Shown here: positions 45,520 through 58,839 of the stretch, piece after piece
How the letters are laid out: each line of letters starts with the position of its first letter
Numbering within the stretch: position 1 is the stretch's first letter
Assembly: GCF_009914755.1 (NCBI RefSeq)
Contig: NC_060944.1
Reading direction: 5' to 3' (one strand)
Source of the DNA: the human T2T-CHM13v2.0 reference genome, Homo sapiens
DNA length: 64,000 nt
Notes under the pieces: generated by a model
The model's input: the letters and a program-made list of their open reading frames with translations, nothing else
Told to the model about the DNA's origin: nothing
Database searches by the model: none
Program-made: the position numbers and the translations under genes

Positions 45520-45937
45520 CTGCCTTAAGTTGAGTATGCAGAAGCAGAGCCTGAAGCAGTGATTTAAATGCTCGAGATTTATTGAGGGAGTGCTTTCAGG
45601 AAAGCAGGGCAGGTGGAAGTGAGAGCTGAACAGGCTGTGACCTGAGCTGGAGTCTAGTCTCAGTCTAATATCAAGGGAATATCAAGGGAACTCTGGAGCA
45701 TAAGCTGCCTCCCAGGCAAAGGGAGCTTGTACCCCATGTCAGTCATGTTTGTAACCCATGTCAGTCATCACCTGTGAGTTCAGCATCTTGGGTGGAGATG
45801 CTTCCATTGGCTGAGAGTAATGCCTCAGAGAAGGAGCTAGCTGCAGGTCATTAGTAGTCAGCACTCACAGCAGCTGGGGTGGCCCAAGGAGGGGGAACTG
45901 GGGATCTGGGTGAGCCACTTACAACATCTGCTGCACA
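45520..45937 (-). mobile_element. ERVL LTR (LTR16-like)
   Basis: cagaagcagagcctga...atttattgagggagtgct pattern, also seen at about 51190, 57700 and 61270. Confidence 0.5.
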
Positions 45938-46394
45938 ATTCCTCCTAAATAGGAACTCTGGCTCCTGAGGAAAACAGTACATTTACAAATTGTTTGTATT
46001 TTAATTGAGTAAAGGGGTTTCCTCAGACTGAGAATTGCAAGGCTATGGAGATCCTAGAAGCTTTCTGAGTAGACAGAACTAAATATATATGACAAAAAAT
46101 AAAAGAGGAGAAGAGTTAAAAAATGACAAGTTATGACAAAAAATAAAAGAGGAGAAGAGTTAAAGCAGTCCAGCTGCATACTGATAGAAGCACAGAGGAG
46201 ATTCTTTTCTAATGCAAGGACAATAAAATAAGGGTCATACAGCTTGGGGGTGACAAAGCTCTAACTTAAAACCAAAAGGACAAGTAGGACCTCAGTACTT
46301 AGCACACAGCATGGCATACAGTAGGTGCTTTTAAATATTTGTTCAACATTTGAATAAATGAATGGATAAAACTTAACAGGTTAATAATTAATTT

Positions 46395-46541
46395 TATTTA
46401 TTTATTATTTATTTATTTATTTTAGAGATGGAGTCTCTCTCTGTTGCCCAGGTTGGTCTTGAGCTCCCAGGCTCAAGCAATCTTCACACTTCAGCCTCCT
46501 GAGAAGCTGGGACTACAGGTGCATGGCACCATACCCAGCTC
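46395..46541 (-). mobile_element. Alu monomer (FRAM/FLAM)
   Basis: Single Alu arm with a (TTTA)n tail. Confidence 0.8.
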
Positions 46542-46853
46542 CAATTAATAATTAATTGTTCCAAATATTCATTTCTTCCCCATTCTGTTACATTATTCAG
46601 TTCACATTCTTAAAATTAACATTTATGAGAGGAAGGCATGTTTCTAAAGAAGAAAGGCAAACTATATAGTCAGCCAAAATATTTATGGATAACAAACAAA
46701 TTAGTCAACTGATACCATGTGTCTTGCTGCTTATTCTGTTAGTCACAAGGCTATTTGGTGACAACTTGTTATGAGCAATGTTTAATTTTTAATTCTGTAA
46801 CACTTACAACATAGCTATAATTGTAAATTGGTAAAGTAAGGCAACAAAAACTG

Positions 46854-47203
46854 TGTATTAGTTTATTTTCATGCTGCTGATAAGAACATACCCAAGACTG
46901 GGCAATTTACAAAAGAAAGAGGTTTAATTGGACTTAGAGTTGCACATGGCTGGGGAAGCCTCACAATCATGTTGGAAGACAAGGAGGAGCAAGTCACATC
47001 TTACATGGATGGCAGCAAGTGAAAAAAGCATGTGCAGGAAAACTCCCCCTTACAATAATCATCAAATCTCGTGAGACTTACTATCACAAGAACAGCACGG
47101 GAAGGACCTGCCCCCATGATTCAATTACCTCCCACCGAGTCCCTCCCACAACATGTGGGAATTAAAGATGAGATTTGGGTGAGGACACAGCCAAACCATA
47201 TCA
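46854..47203 (-). mobile_element. THE1 solo LTR
   Basis: tgtattagt...aaaccatatca with 5-bp TSD aactg. Confidence 0.92.
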
Positions 47204-47941
47204 AACTGCTTTAGGCAATATATGAATTATTTAAATTGGGTCAATCTATATATTTAATGTGAATACTAAAATATTACACTTGATCTTTTTATAAAATTAT
47301 GATTTATTATTTTTGAAGGACCTAATAAACTACAATTACAATTTCTACAGAAAGAAAAATAAGAGAGAGTTTAGTAGGATCCTATTCCTGGGAACTGTGT
47401 GAATATTATTGATGTCATTTTTTAACAAACAGGAAAGAAAACAGGATAGTTTCAATTTCAGCTTTGCTGGAAAACATGGTTGGGAAGTGAGATAGAGGGA
47501 GAAAGGGACTTGTTCTGAATTCTGAATTGTGTTTTCTCAATATGAAAATAAAGGAAAGTCTTTAGGAGAATATTGAAAAGGTAGATCAGTATACACACAT
47601 ACATATAAATATGTACATATACATGAAACACTGTCCTGGCTTTGATATGAAATCATCTTGATTGGTGATAATTCAATACCCAGAAGGACAAAGAAACTTT
47701 GTTAATCCACTCTCAATTGTGTTCACAGTTTTGTATATTTGCTGATATTTAATATGCTTATGTTTTGTGCATTAATGCATATCTGATATTCTGACAATAA
47801 AATTAGAGAATACTGAGTCCAAATGGGTGTTGGCTAGCATTTCAGAGACCCTAACATTTTATCATTGAGGAATATCTAAAGACAGAGGAAAATAAATATG
47901 TTTTCCTGAAAACCACAGGGAAATCAAAATCAGGGTATGTG

Positions 47942-47943
<2 letters not shown>

Positions 47944-47983
<40 letters not shown>
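47944..47983. repeat. (TG)20 microsatellite
   Basis: Read directly. Confidence 0.95.
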
Positions 47984-47987
<4 letters not shown>

Positions 47988-49139
47988 TTGTTATAATTAT
48001 TTTGCATGGAAGACAGAAGGAAAGGAATGTCTTTTTTAAAAATTTAAAGCAATAAAAATATTCTCTTTCACTTCATAATGTATTCAGCTTTAATATGAAG
48101 CTCAGGTTTTCCTCCACACTTGGGATCTCTCTTCCAACAAATCTAATGTGACTCAGCATTCTAATAGGATGCATCACATTCAGACCCCGGCTTCTGCACT
48201 CCAGCCTCGGCATAACGCTCTGTCCTTACTAGAGGGAGTAGAAGAGCTAAGGCTGAGCAGCTCAGGCTTGTAGACTCTCAGATATATTGGTCTCTTCTTT
48301 CTTTTTCTACTTTGATTTTCTAGGAGCAGGGCCTGCACCATAGGCTGCAACAGGTGGCCTTAGACATGAAACCCTGGGTGTGACCACACTTAAGTTTAGA
48401 AAAAAATGTTGATTCCAGCAACCCCTCCATTGTAAACACTCACTAGTTTCCATTTACTTGTAGATAAAAGTCTGAACTCTTGGAACATCAGCCAATTTCT
48501 CACCTGTGTGTTCTTAACCTCATCCAGAATGGCTATGACCATTTGGATTTCAGTTTGACCAGAAAACTGTTAACTTTATCTTTTTTAACTGTGAATGGAA
48601 ACTGATATTTTCCTAAATTATGCATGTAAGCAACAGACCATAATCGTAGTAGCAGTACCTGTGACTCTTTCACTCATGGAAATCACAGGTATTTAAATAT
48701 CATAGGACAGTATAGTGGCTTTCTTGAAATACCGTTTATGCTCATCACCACTTAAAATTGTAGTAGGTATTAGGCCTACTGTTAGGTCTTGTTATTTAAT
48801 GTGTTAATAAAGAAGCATATATGCTATCATATTACAATTTTTTCAACTTTCTGAAAACTTCAAATACCTATAGTTGAAATTATTCTGAGAAGGGACCATG
48901 GGCTCATCAGATTGCCATCCCATGGCACAAGCAAATGTCAAGATCCTGTCTCTAGCCTCAGTTTCTACCAATCCTCTCTACCTTCTCTATGTTTCTGCTC
49001 TAACAAGACTCATTTTTTCCAAAATAGTCTTTGGTTGTTCACAACCTTGTGTCTTGATCTCATAGCTCCTTGGGATCTTTATTTCTGTGGGAAATTGTGC
49101 CCTTCGAGAATGTATTAGAGAGAACAAGCTTGAAGAAGC

Positions 49140-49820
<681 letters not shown>

Positions 49821-49859
49821 GAAGCCTTAGCTGATATTCCCAGGCAGAGTCTGAATACA

Positions 49860-50295
49860 CAGTTGACCCTTGAACAAAACAGGTTTGAACTGCATGTGTT
49901 CACCTAGATGCAGATTTTCTTCCACCTCTGCTACCCCTGAGACAGCAAGACCAACCTCTCCTGTTCCCCATCCTCCTCAGTCTCCTCAGCATAAAGCGAG
50001 GATGAAGATATATACAATGGTCCACTTCCACTTAATGAATAGTAAATATATTTTCTCTTGCCTGTAATTTTTCTCAGTAACATATTCTTTCCTCTAGTTT
50101 ACTTTATTGTAATAATACAGTATATAATACATACACCATACAAAATATGTGTCATTGACTCTGATATCAGTAAGACTTCCAGTCAACAGTAGGCCATAGG
50201 TAGTTTAAGTTTTGGGGGAGTCAAAAGTTATGCATGGATTTTTGACTGTGTAAAGGTCAGTACCCCTAAGCCTCACATTGTTCAAGGGTCCACTG
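49860..50295. mobile_element. Tigger2a-like MITE
   Basis: TIRs cagttgacccttgaaca ... tgttcaagggtccactg; length 436 bp. Confidence 0.85.
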
Positions 50296-51189
50296 TCTAT
50301 CCTTTGTGCTTTTAAGATTCTTGGTACATGCCTTATCTTCAATCTTGAGAACATTTTATGTCTGTGCATCTGTCTCTTCCATTATATCTTATGTTTCTGG
50401 ATGGTAAACACCTTTTTTTTCTCATCTCCCAACTCCTGGCATAGTAATTCTCATATTGCTGACATTCAAAAGATGCTTAAGAGGTCAAGGTGAGGTTATT
50501 TTCCTGGGAACAACAGATAAACAAAGCATTATAAATAGGGCAAAACAGTAGAGTCGTGCAGTGATGTGGCAGACCCATTTAGTTTCAAGGACAATCTCTG
50601 AGAATAATACGGTGCTCTCATTTCCCAACATCACTGCTTCCCTTAAAATCAAATTAAGAATTGATTTCAAATAAAATCCCAACAGAACAAAGCATGTCTT
50701 CATGTAATAAACAGGGCTGGCTCCAGGCAAAATTGTGATGGACAAAAGCGCATCTCAGGAATGCTGACATCCCTTTTCATCAGCCTTGCTTTTCTTCCAT
50801 GAAGGTGCCATGTGCATCTGCATAGCAGGTCCTCTGGGTTCTTTGGACATACTAGTATGTTTAGGGATATTCCCTGTGGCATGTAATCTAGGCCTGTCCT
50901 CCTAAGAGTTCAGATTTGTTTCTACTCTCTCTTTTTCAAAACCTACCTATGTGATCCGTTCAGGCAGCCTTGTGCTGAGAGCTAATGGATGATGAGTTTC
51001 AAATCAGGCTTCATTCACTGATTAAACAATGGCTACTGAGCACTAGTTGAGCACTTCTTAGGTGTCATGTGCCAGGTGCTATGCCACAGAGATAAAAGCA
51101 TAGTCTCTACCATCAAAATGCTCACAAAAGGAGATGGATCACTGTAATTTAGTAAGTTAAAGTTATATCAGCAAGCACAGATGGGGCCC

Positions 51190-51650
51190 TGTCTTAGTTT
51201 GGGTTCTCAGAAGCTGATCCTTAAACAAGAGTTTGAGTGCAAGTCCTTTACCTGAGATATCTCAGGAGGAATGGTAAGAACATGAGGAAGTGAGATAGGA
51301 CCAAAAAAGCAGCCAGTGCAGAGCATATTTCCAACAGGTTACTACTGTCAGCAACTGGAGCTCGGTCCTGATGAGGGTCTCTGAGAGGTGGTATAGGTTG
51401 TACCCCAGGGTGGTCCCATCTGAAGGGCAAGGAAGTGGGACATTTATTCAGCAATTCCCATTTTTTATGAGTTGGGAACTGTACCTGACACATTAACTCC
51501 TTGGCATTTCTACCCTGAAGTGTGCATGGCCCTGAGCATGTTTCTGTGACCAGAAAAAGTCCTCCGGAGAGAATCCCCAGTGTTTGCAGGAAGAAGATAT
51601 AGACATGTAGAGGAATGTTAAATGCTAAGGAGTCCTAACTGGGTCTGCTC
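51190..51650 (-). mobile_element. ERVL LTR (LTR16-like)
   Basis: tgtcttagtttgggttctcagaagctgatcct..aacaagagtttgagtgcaagt. Confidence 0.6.
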
Positions 51651-51749
51651 CAGACCGGAGCAGGGGTGCTGCCAAAGAAGGTTTTCCCAAGGACAGGCTG
51701 TCTGAGAGGTGTCTTCAAAAAGGGACATTCCTACCCTAGGATAGGATCA

Positions 51750-52875
51750 GCGTTAGCAAATATTTTATGTCCACTTCAGAAGAATGTGTATTCTGCAATT
51801 GTTAGGTGCGGCGTTTTATGTATGGCAATTAGTTTAAGTTTGCAAACTATTTTGTCAAATCTTCTTTTATTCCTTTTGGTTTGTTTAACAGTTACCAAGA
51901 GTTGTGAATTTGCCAATGTCTCCTTTTAATTCTATCAATTTTTGCGTCTATGTTGAGGCTGTATTATTTGGTACACAGATATTAAGAATCGTTATATCTT
52001 TCTGGTGGAATGATTCTTCAATAAAGTATAATACATTTTTATCTCTAAAAATGCTTCTTGCCTTAACATTCACTTGAGTTTTTATGTAAACTTAGCTGTA
52101 TCGGCTTTTTAATTTTATTTTTTTGCATGGTCTCTTTTATTAGTATTATTTCTCCAACCTCTCTGTATCATTATATTTAAGGGATGTCTTTTGTAAGCAA
52201 CATATGCTTCTTATTTCTTTTTTATTTCATCCAGCCACACATTCTGTATTTCAGTTGAAGGGTTTAGTCCCTTCATATTTAATGTAATATAGACGGGTTA
52301 AAATAAACTATCTTGCTTAAAAGATGTTTCCCCCAACTTGTCCTATCTTTATTTTTCTCTGCTTTCTGGCTTTTTGGGTCAATCAAGTATTTGTTATCAT
52401 TCCTTTTCCCCCTTCTATTAGCTAGATAATTGCATATTATTTTGCTTTTCTTTGAATAATATCCCTGGAGATGGCAACATAAATCTTTATCTCTTTATAG
52501 CCTTTTTTATGTTAGTAAGCTTACTACTTCCTGTTCAATGTAAGAGCCTTGGAATTGCATTTGCTTCATACTATCTTTTGTAATTCTTTACAAACTGAAA
52601 GCCATTTATTAAAACATTATTATTTAATATAGTTAATATTCATTTACATTTATTATTTCTCTCATACTTTATTCCTTTCTGCATGTCTGTGTATCCCTCC
52701 CTCTTGATTTTCTCTCGCTTAAATTTCTCCTTTTACTTCAGGTCTCCTGGTGAAAAATACCCTGTTTTTGTTAGTCTATAAACACCTCCGTTTTACTTAA
52801 TTTTTGGAGGCTTCTTCACTATATAGAGAGTCTTAGGTTTCCTTCCAGAACCTAAAGATGTAATTCTATTGTCTG
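51750..52875 (-). mobile_element. Old L1M ORF-region fragment
   Basis: T-rich antisense L1M pattern (agaatgtgtattctgcaattgttagg). Confidence 0.65.
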
Positions 52876-52971
52876 AAAAGGGTGTTGTACAAACGCTTCC
52901 ACCTACAACGAGAAAAGTTTGACAATTTATTTTGAAGCTATGTTGACAGGTACTAGAAAGCTACTAGGGCG

Positions 52972-53278
<307 letters not shown>

Positions 53279-54439
53279 CTACTAGGGCAGCCAGAACTCA
53301 ATAGGTGAGGATCTTGGTGAGAAAAGAAAGATGTGAGGTGAATCTGACATTCTGAGCTTCATTTCCTCTCAAGGCGTTTCCTCACTTAGAAGAATTACAG
53401 ATTCAAAACCCAAGCTGTGAAGCACAAAGCAGTGGCCAAAAGGTTGCAGCACTGAAGTGAGCTTGCAATGGTTTTATTGGTCTGGGGAATTACAACTTGA
53501 ATATTAGGACTACAAACACTCGGGGACCCAAGGTCCTGGGGAAAGGGAAAACATATTGAGGTGAACCCCACAATCTGTGCCACTTTATGTTCTTGAGGTT
53601 CTTTATGTTCTTACACAAGTTCTTTATGTTCTTAAATAGGTGTAAGAAGGGAAGTCTATGCCTATATATTCACTTTGATGGTCAAAGGAGGCAAGAGGGG
53701 GTTGCCATATTTTGTACAGCTCCTCATCCATTGGAATGACAACATCTTGTATATGGGATGATCCACAGGTGAAGTAAAAATGTCTAATGATGTTCAAGCT
53801 CTAGAAGGTAGCTTTATATATTCTGTGAAAGAAGCTGTAGGATTTACTCTAACTCCATTCCAGACATTAGGGTGCTAGGACTTAAAACTTAGCGCTTAAG
53901 TAATCTGCACTCTCAGAACACTTGGATACTAATAGTTGGGCTGATACTCTTCCCTTTAGGGACCGAAGTGAATCTATATTGTTCACTAGAAATCTCCAGA
54001 GCAAATTCCACAAACCTTCTTAGGAATGCTGTTCAAATATTCACACACACTCCCTCACATTTCTATTTACCCAAAAATATCTCATGCTGCAATTTAGGTT
54101 CCTGCCTCTGGCTCTGTTCTCCGAAGGAATGGAAAAATACATGCCCCACAGTCGGTGAATAATTATATTTCTACATAGAGTGAGACTCGGTTAGCTGTCC
54201 TTTTGGGAATGAAGTTTCTACACACTAGCTCATTCATGTGGAAGATAATCTGTATTTCTCAGAAATTTCAGAAAGTGATGCTGCCTATTTGCAGCTGCAA
54301 TGTAATTTCCATTAATATAGGACCAGATGAAGGTAAATACAACTCCTTATGAGATATTATAAAGCCTGGGGGATCTATCTTCTGCTTCTTTTTCCTTCTT
54401 CCTCTTCTTTTTCTTCCTCCTTGTTGTCTTCTTACACAT

Positions 54440-55065
54440 GGATTTGTCTGAGATATAAAGTTGTGACCAAATCCTTTCCCTGTTTATCCTGGGCATATAG
54501 TGGATTATGTTTCCCAGTCTCCCTTGTATCTAGGCACTGGTAGATGATGTGAGAGCAGGAGGAGACATAGGCCAGGGTATTTCTTTCCTTTTCCATTCCT
54601 GTTTGGTACCTTTTTTTGTTTTGTTTTGTTTTGAGACAGGCTCTTGCTCTGTCACCCAGGCAGGTGTGCAGTAGTGTGATCATAGCTCACTGCAGCCTTG
54701 ACTTCCTGGGATCAAGCAATCTTCCTGTCTCAGTCTCCCAAAGGGCTGGGATATGGTCATGTGACTGAGTGAGGCCAGTGAAATATGAATGTAGTGCATT
54801 TACTTGACTTCTTGGAATGGTCCAGAAAATTCCCCTGACTGATCTTAGCTTTCTCTTTCTCCTCACATGCCAGTTGAATAGATAGTTCTCTGCGGACAGA
54901 GGAGAGTGGAACAAAAGCCTGGGTCCCTGATGGAGCATGTGGAAGAAGACTGCCAACAAGAACCAGTCCCATTGGACTATGAAGTGAATAAGAAATAGGA
55001 CTTTATTGTGCTAAACCATTGGGAATTTGGACTGTTTGTCATAGAAGGTAGCCAACTGTGACTAC
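54440..55065 (+). mobile_element. Old MLT1 LTR interrupted by a copied segment
   Basis: ttcccagtctcccttgtatctagg ... atggtcatgtgactgag becomes continuous once 54532-54752 is removed. Confidence 0.6.
54532..54752 (+). repeat. Copy of 57209-57425 (LTR piece plus part of a FLAM)
   Basis: About 90% identical by eye, including the non-Alu flank and the LTR/FLAM junction. Confidence 0.9.
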
Positions 55066-56131
55066 AGAGATACTGGAACCAGGAGCTGTAGTTGTTAGGA
55101 GAACACTGACTCTCTGGAAATAAACTGTTTGGGCTCAGATTATGGTTCTGCCACTTACACTAGTTATGTGACCCTGGAAAACTCCCTAAGGATTATGGTT
55201 CCAGGATGCACACTGGACTGGAGTATGAAGAAGAAACTCCTATTGCATTAAATCACTGAGAATTTTGAAGCTGTTTGTTATAGTGATGTGCCTGCTCAGA
55301 TTAAATCAGAGGGCATTGAAGATATGAAAGTCAAGCCATGAAAGACTTCAAGGAAGGGCAGTATTCAAGGTTTAGAAACGTGCAGAAAAAAGCTATTGAT
55401 AACTTGCCAGTTTTCTTTATTATGAAGCATGTGGACATACTGGTTTGCTAATGTAACATGATGATCCTCTTTTCCTTCCTCCCGGGGACATTTAGATGTT
55501 TGCACTGCATCCTGCATGGCCTCTGTTGCTTTCTATAAATGCATTTTTTTTCTATTCTCCACTTCAATCAAAAAAACTAATGACCAAACTGATTACACTC
55601 ATTCCTGCTGAATGTTTCTTCAGTTAGGCATTAGTATTTTTAAGCCTCTTAATAGCTTTTCCTCCTCTTTTCCAGGAATTCTAATAAATAGGTAGAAGGT
55701 TTTCTTAAGACTAAAAGCTGGCTGGAAGGCAGATCTGATGTCCACTGGGGATCTTTGGGGTGGAAGTGGGGAGTATGCCTGCCTTGGCAAATGTCCTTCA
55801 TTCTCAGAGGAGGCTGCTGTATAGAGGATCTAACCAGATTTTCTCCTTTCCTTCTCCTAGGACCACTTGCCAGCCCCAACTTCTCAGGACTATAAATGCA
55901 CTCTCTCCTTCCAGCCCTTCATTTAATCTCTTTCCTTCTTGAATATAGCTTGATTCTAACATCTCTAAAAATCTGAATCCAGCACTTCCCTTGTCTTTCC
56001 ATAGCACTGATCTCAGGCTTGTGACACATGTTCTCTAGCACACTGAGTATCTTTTTAAGCATTTTCTAACTGGGTAAACCTTATGTCACTTCAATTTTTG
56101 CTGACTCAGTTTTCTCATCTTACAGTTTTCC

Positions 56132-56160
56132 CCCTTGGTGACTGGTGTCTGAGTGGGTTC
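56132..56160 (+). repeat. Exact 29-bp copy of 57170-57198
   Basis: cccttggtgactggtgtctgagtgggttc occurs at both sites. Confidence 0.92.
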
Positions 56161-56592
56161 TTCTAAAGTTCATATTTTGAAGTCCTAACTTCCAAGGTCT
56201 CAGAATGTGACTTTATTTGGAAATAGAGTCATTATAGATGTAATTAGTTTAGATGAGGTTATTAGGTTGGGCCTTGATCCAATATGTCTGGTGGCCTTAT
56301 AGAAAAGGAAAATATGGACACGGATATACACAGGGAGAACCACAAATAATCATGAAGAAAGAGATCCACAGGACAAGGAGAGTAAAAGATTGCCAGAAAA
56401 CAACTAGAATTTAGGAGAAATATGTGGAACAGATTTTTTCCCTCACAGCTCTCAGAAGGAACCAACCTTGCTGACACCTTGATCTTGAACTTCCAGCTCC
56501 AGAACTTGGAAACAATAAATTTCATAAATTTCTGTTGTTTAAGTCACCCAGTTTGTGGTACTTTGTTATAGTAGCCCCAGAAAACTAATACA
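56161..56592 (+). mobile_element. MLT1B-like LTR inserted in a MIR
   Basis: ttcatattttgaagtcctaac..ctcagaatgtgac ... aaactaataca, with MIR halves on both sides. Confidence 0.8.
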
Positions 56593-57073
56593 AAGGGGAT
56601 AACAGTATCTGTATAATTGGGATGTTCTCAGAATTTCAAGAGGTGATATGGTACTCATAGCACAGTGTCTAGAACATAGCATGTGCTCAATATCAGCTGG
56701 TACTACTTCTGCTAGTACTTATCTACTGAACATGTCATGTCAATGACACCCTCTGTGTTATGAAGTACAGCCCCATTCTGCCTGCATCCCTGGCCTGGAA
56801 GTTTCTGATAAAAAAATTATCATGTTGGAGCCCAACTTCTTGATTAGCAAAGTGTTGCTACATGCAATGAACAATATTAATTGGTCCTTCAGACTGCTTT
56901 TCTTTGAGCTAAATAAGCCTTAAATAATTTTCTTAATGGGTCTCAATGCCTTAATTTTTAAATCATCTTTGTAGTGGCAAAAAAAGGCTTTCTAAATTCT
57001 TCAGTAATAGAATCTAGAATCTGATGTGCTCTCAGCAGGAGCCAAGTCACCAGTGTAATAAACAGGAAAACCA

Positions 57074-57687
57074 TGTGGGCTATTTATTCTTTGTGTGCTT
57101 TGCCAAATCCAGTATCTGCCCTTCTCTGTGCCTCAGAAGCTGACCCATGTGGACCATTTGACAGAGACTCCCTTGGTGACTGGTGTCTGAGTGGGTTCAG
57201 TCACTGGGAGGCACAGGTAGATGATGTGAGGGCAGGAGGAGACACAGGCCAGGGTATTTCCTTCCTTTTCCCTTCCTGTTTGGTATCTTTTTTGTTTTGT
57301 TTTATTTTGAGACAGGCTCTTGCTCTGTCACCCCAGGCAGGAGTGCAGTAGCATGCTCATAGCTCACTGCAGCCTTGACTTCCTGGGATCAGGCAATCCT
57401 CCTGCCTCTCCCAAACTGCTGGGATTACAGGTGTGCGCCCCTGCAGCCCACTTTGGCACACTGGAAGTAGCTGCATCCTTCTATGATTACAGCTCCTGTG
57501 AAAACACTTGCATCCCCTATCCCCTTCGACCTAGGAACAGTAAAGGCTTCCTGTTGCTGCTAGTCCCTGGAGGCCTCAACATCTTTTGTTTGCTTCCATA
57601 CCTCTGCAGGTAACCCTTGCATTGAGACCCCTTCGTCTGAACCACCTGGGATGGATTCCCTTTCTTATCTGTGTCCTGACTGATACA
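57074..57687 (+). mobile_element. LTR33-like ERVL LTR containing a FLAM (about 57288-57448)
   Basis: Ends ...tgtcctgactgataca, with an Alu monomer inside. Confidence 0.55.
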
Positions 57688-57699
57688 TTCTTGAAGTTT

Positions 57700-58150
57700 A
57701 AAGTTGCCCCTCATGCAGATCCTGAGGCAAGCATCGAGTATAAGGAGTTTATTTGGGAAGTACAGGGACCATTGTTAGGGAAGCAAAGATGTAATATGTG
57801 AAAGAGAAGAAAGCTAATTAAGGGTGAGCTGGTGAGCCAGTGACTCAGTGTGTGACTGAGGCTCAGTTCTGCTAGGGAACTCTGAGAATAGGTATAAAGC
57901 AAGTATTTCCAAATTATCTCACCTAAGAGGCAAAGGAGCCGCCCCCTCCTGAGAGATTAACTGGCAGAGAGCTGCTCTTGGGGACTGTGTTAGTTCACTG
58001 AAACCTCCAGCCTATCTTATGCCCAGGCTGTATAGCTTTGCTCAGGATGGAAAAAAGAGGCCTCAGCCCCAAGGCTGCCCATACTGGCAGCTGAGAGCAA
58101 ATGGAAAAGCTCAATGTCTATGGGTGGCGCTCAGAGAGCATCTACTGCAT
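57700..58150 (-). mobile_element. ERVL LTR (LTR16-like)
   Basis: gcagatcctgaggcaag..gagtataaggagtttatttgggaag. Confidence 0.55.
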
Positions 58151-58782
58151 ATATCAAGTCTGCGTATTTTTCTTTTTAGATACAGTGCCAAGATTCTCAT
58201 TTTTAGGAAGCTTGAGTCACATCATCCCTCCTGGATATCTTCAAATGACACTTTAACTTGTAGTTTATCATTTTCTGTCTAACTTGTAAAGTATTTCCCC
58301 TGCCCAATCATGGTCCCTTGTGCTCTTTATTTTTACTGGATTTTATTCTAAAACTCCAATTTTACCATATCATTTTGAATTCTGATTTCCTTCACTGCCT
58401 ACCAAAAATATTACTTTACATGATGCTCATCATACAGGGGCGTCTTTGGGTATTAACTGGGTCAGAGTTTCTCCAGGTTTCATGTTTTTCAAAAGCATGG
58501 GGCCAGACATAGAAATACATGGTGATTTTGAAACCCGCACATCATGGCTTCAGATACGGCCAAACACTTTTTTTTGAGGCACTAGGGTGAGTTCATTTGT
58601 CCATTCAATTAACATTTATTCTGTGTCCACCATGTGCCCAGCACTGAGGACACACATAGATGCACAGAATAGGGAATCTTTGTCCCCATGAGCACTCAGA
58701 GAAACAATTACCTGAAAAAGCAATGATCTAATTGCACTGGGGTATAAAAAGTGCTTAGATGAAGAGAAGTCAAGAGAGGGAG

Positions 58783-58813
<31 letters not shown>

Positions 58814-58839
58814 GTGTGTGCATCTGTGTGTATGTGTGT
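58783..58839. repeat. (GT)14 with a degenerate extension
   Basis: Read directly. Confidence 0.9.

Noticed and set aside
54965-55290. Two similar ~80-bp stretches (about 54970 and 55210)
   Set aside because: The similarity is at the level of two old MLT1 3' ends, not a local duplication.
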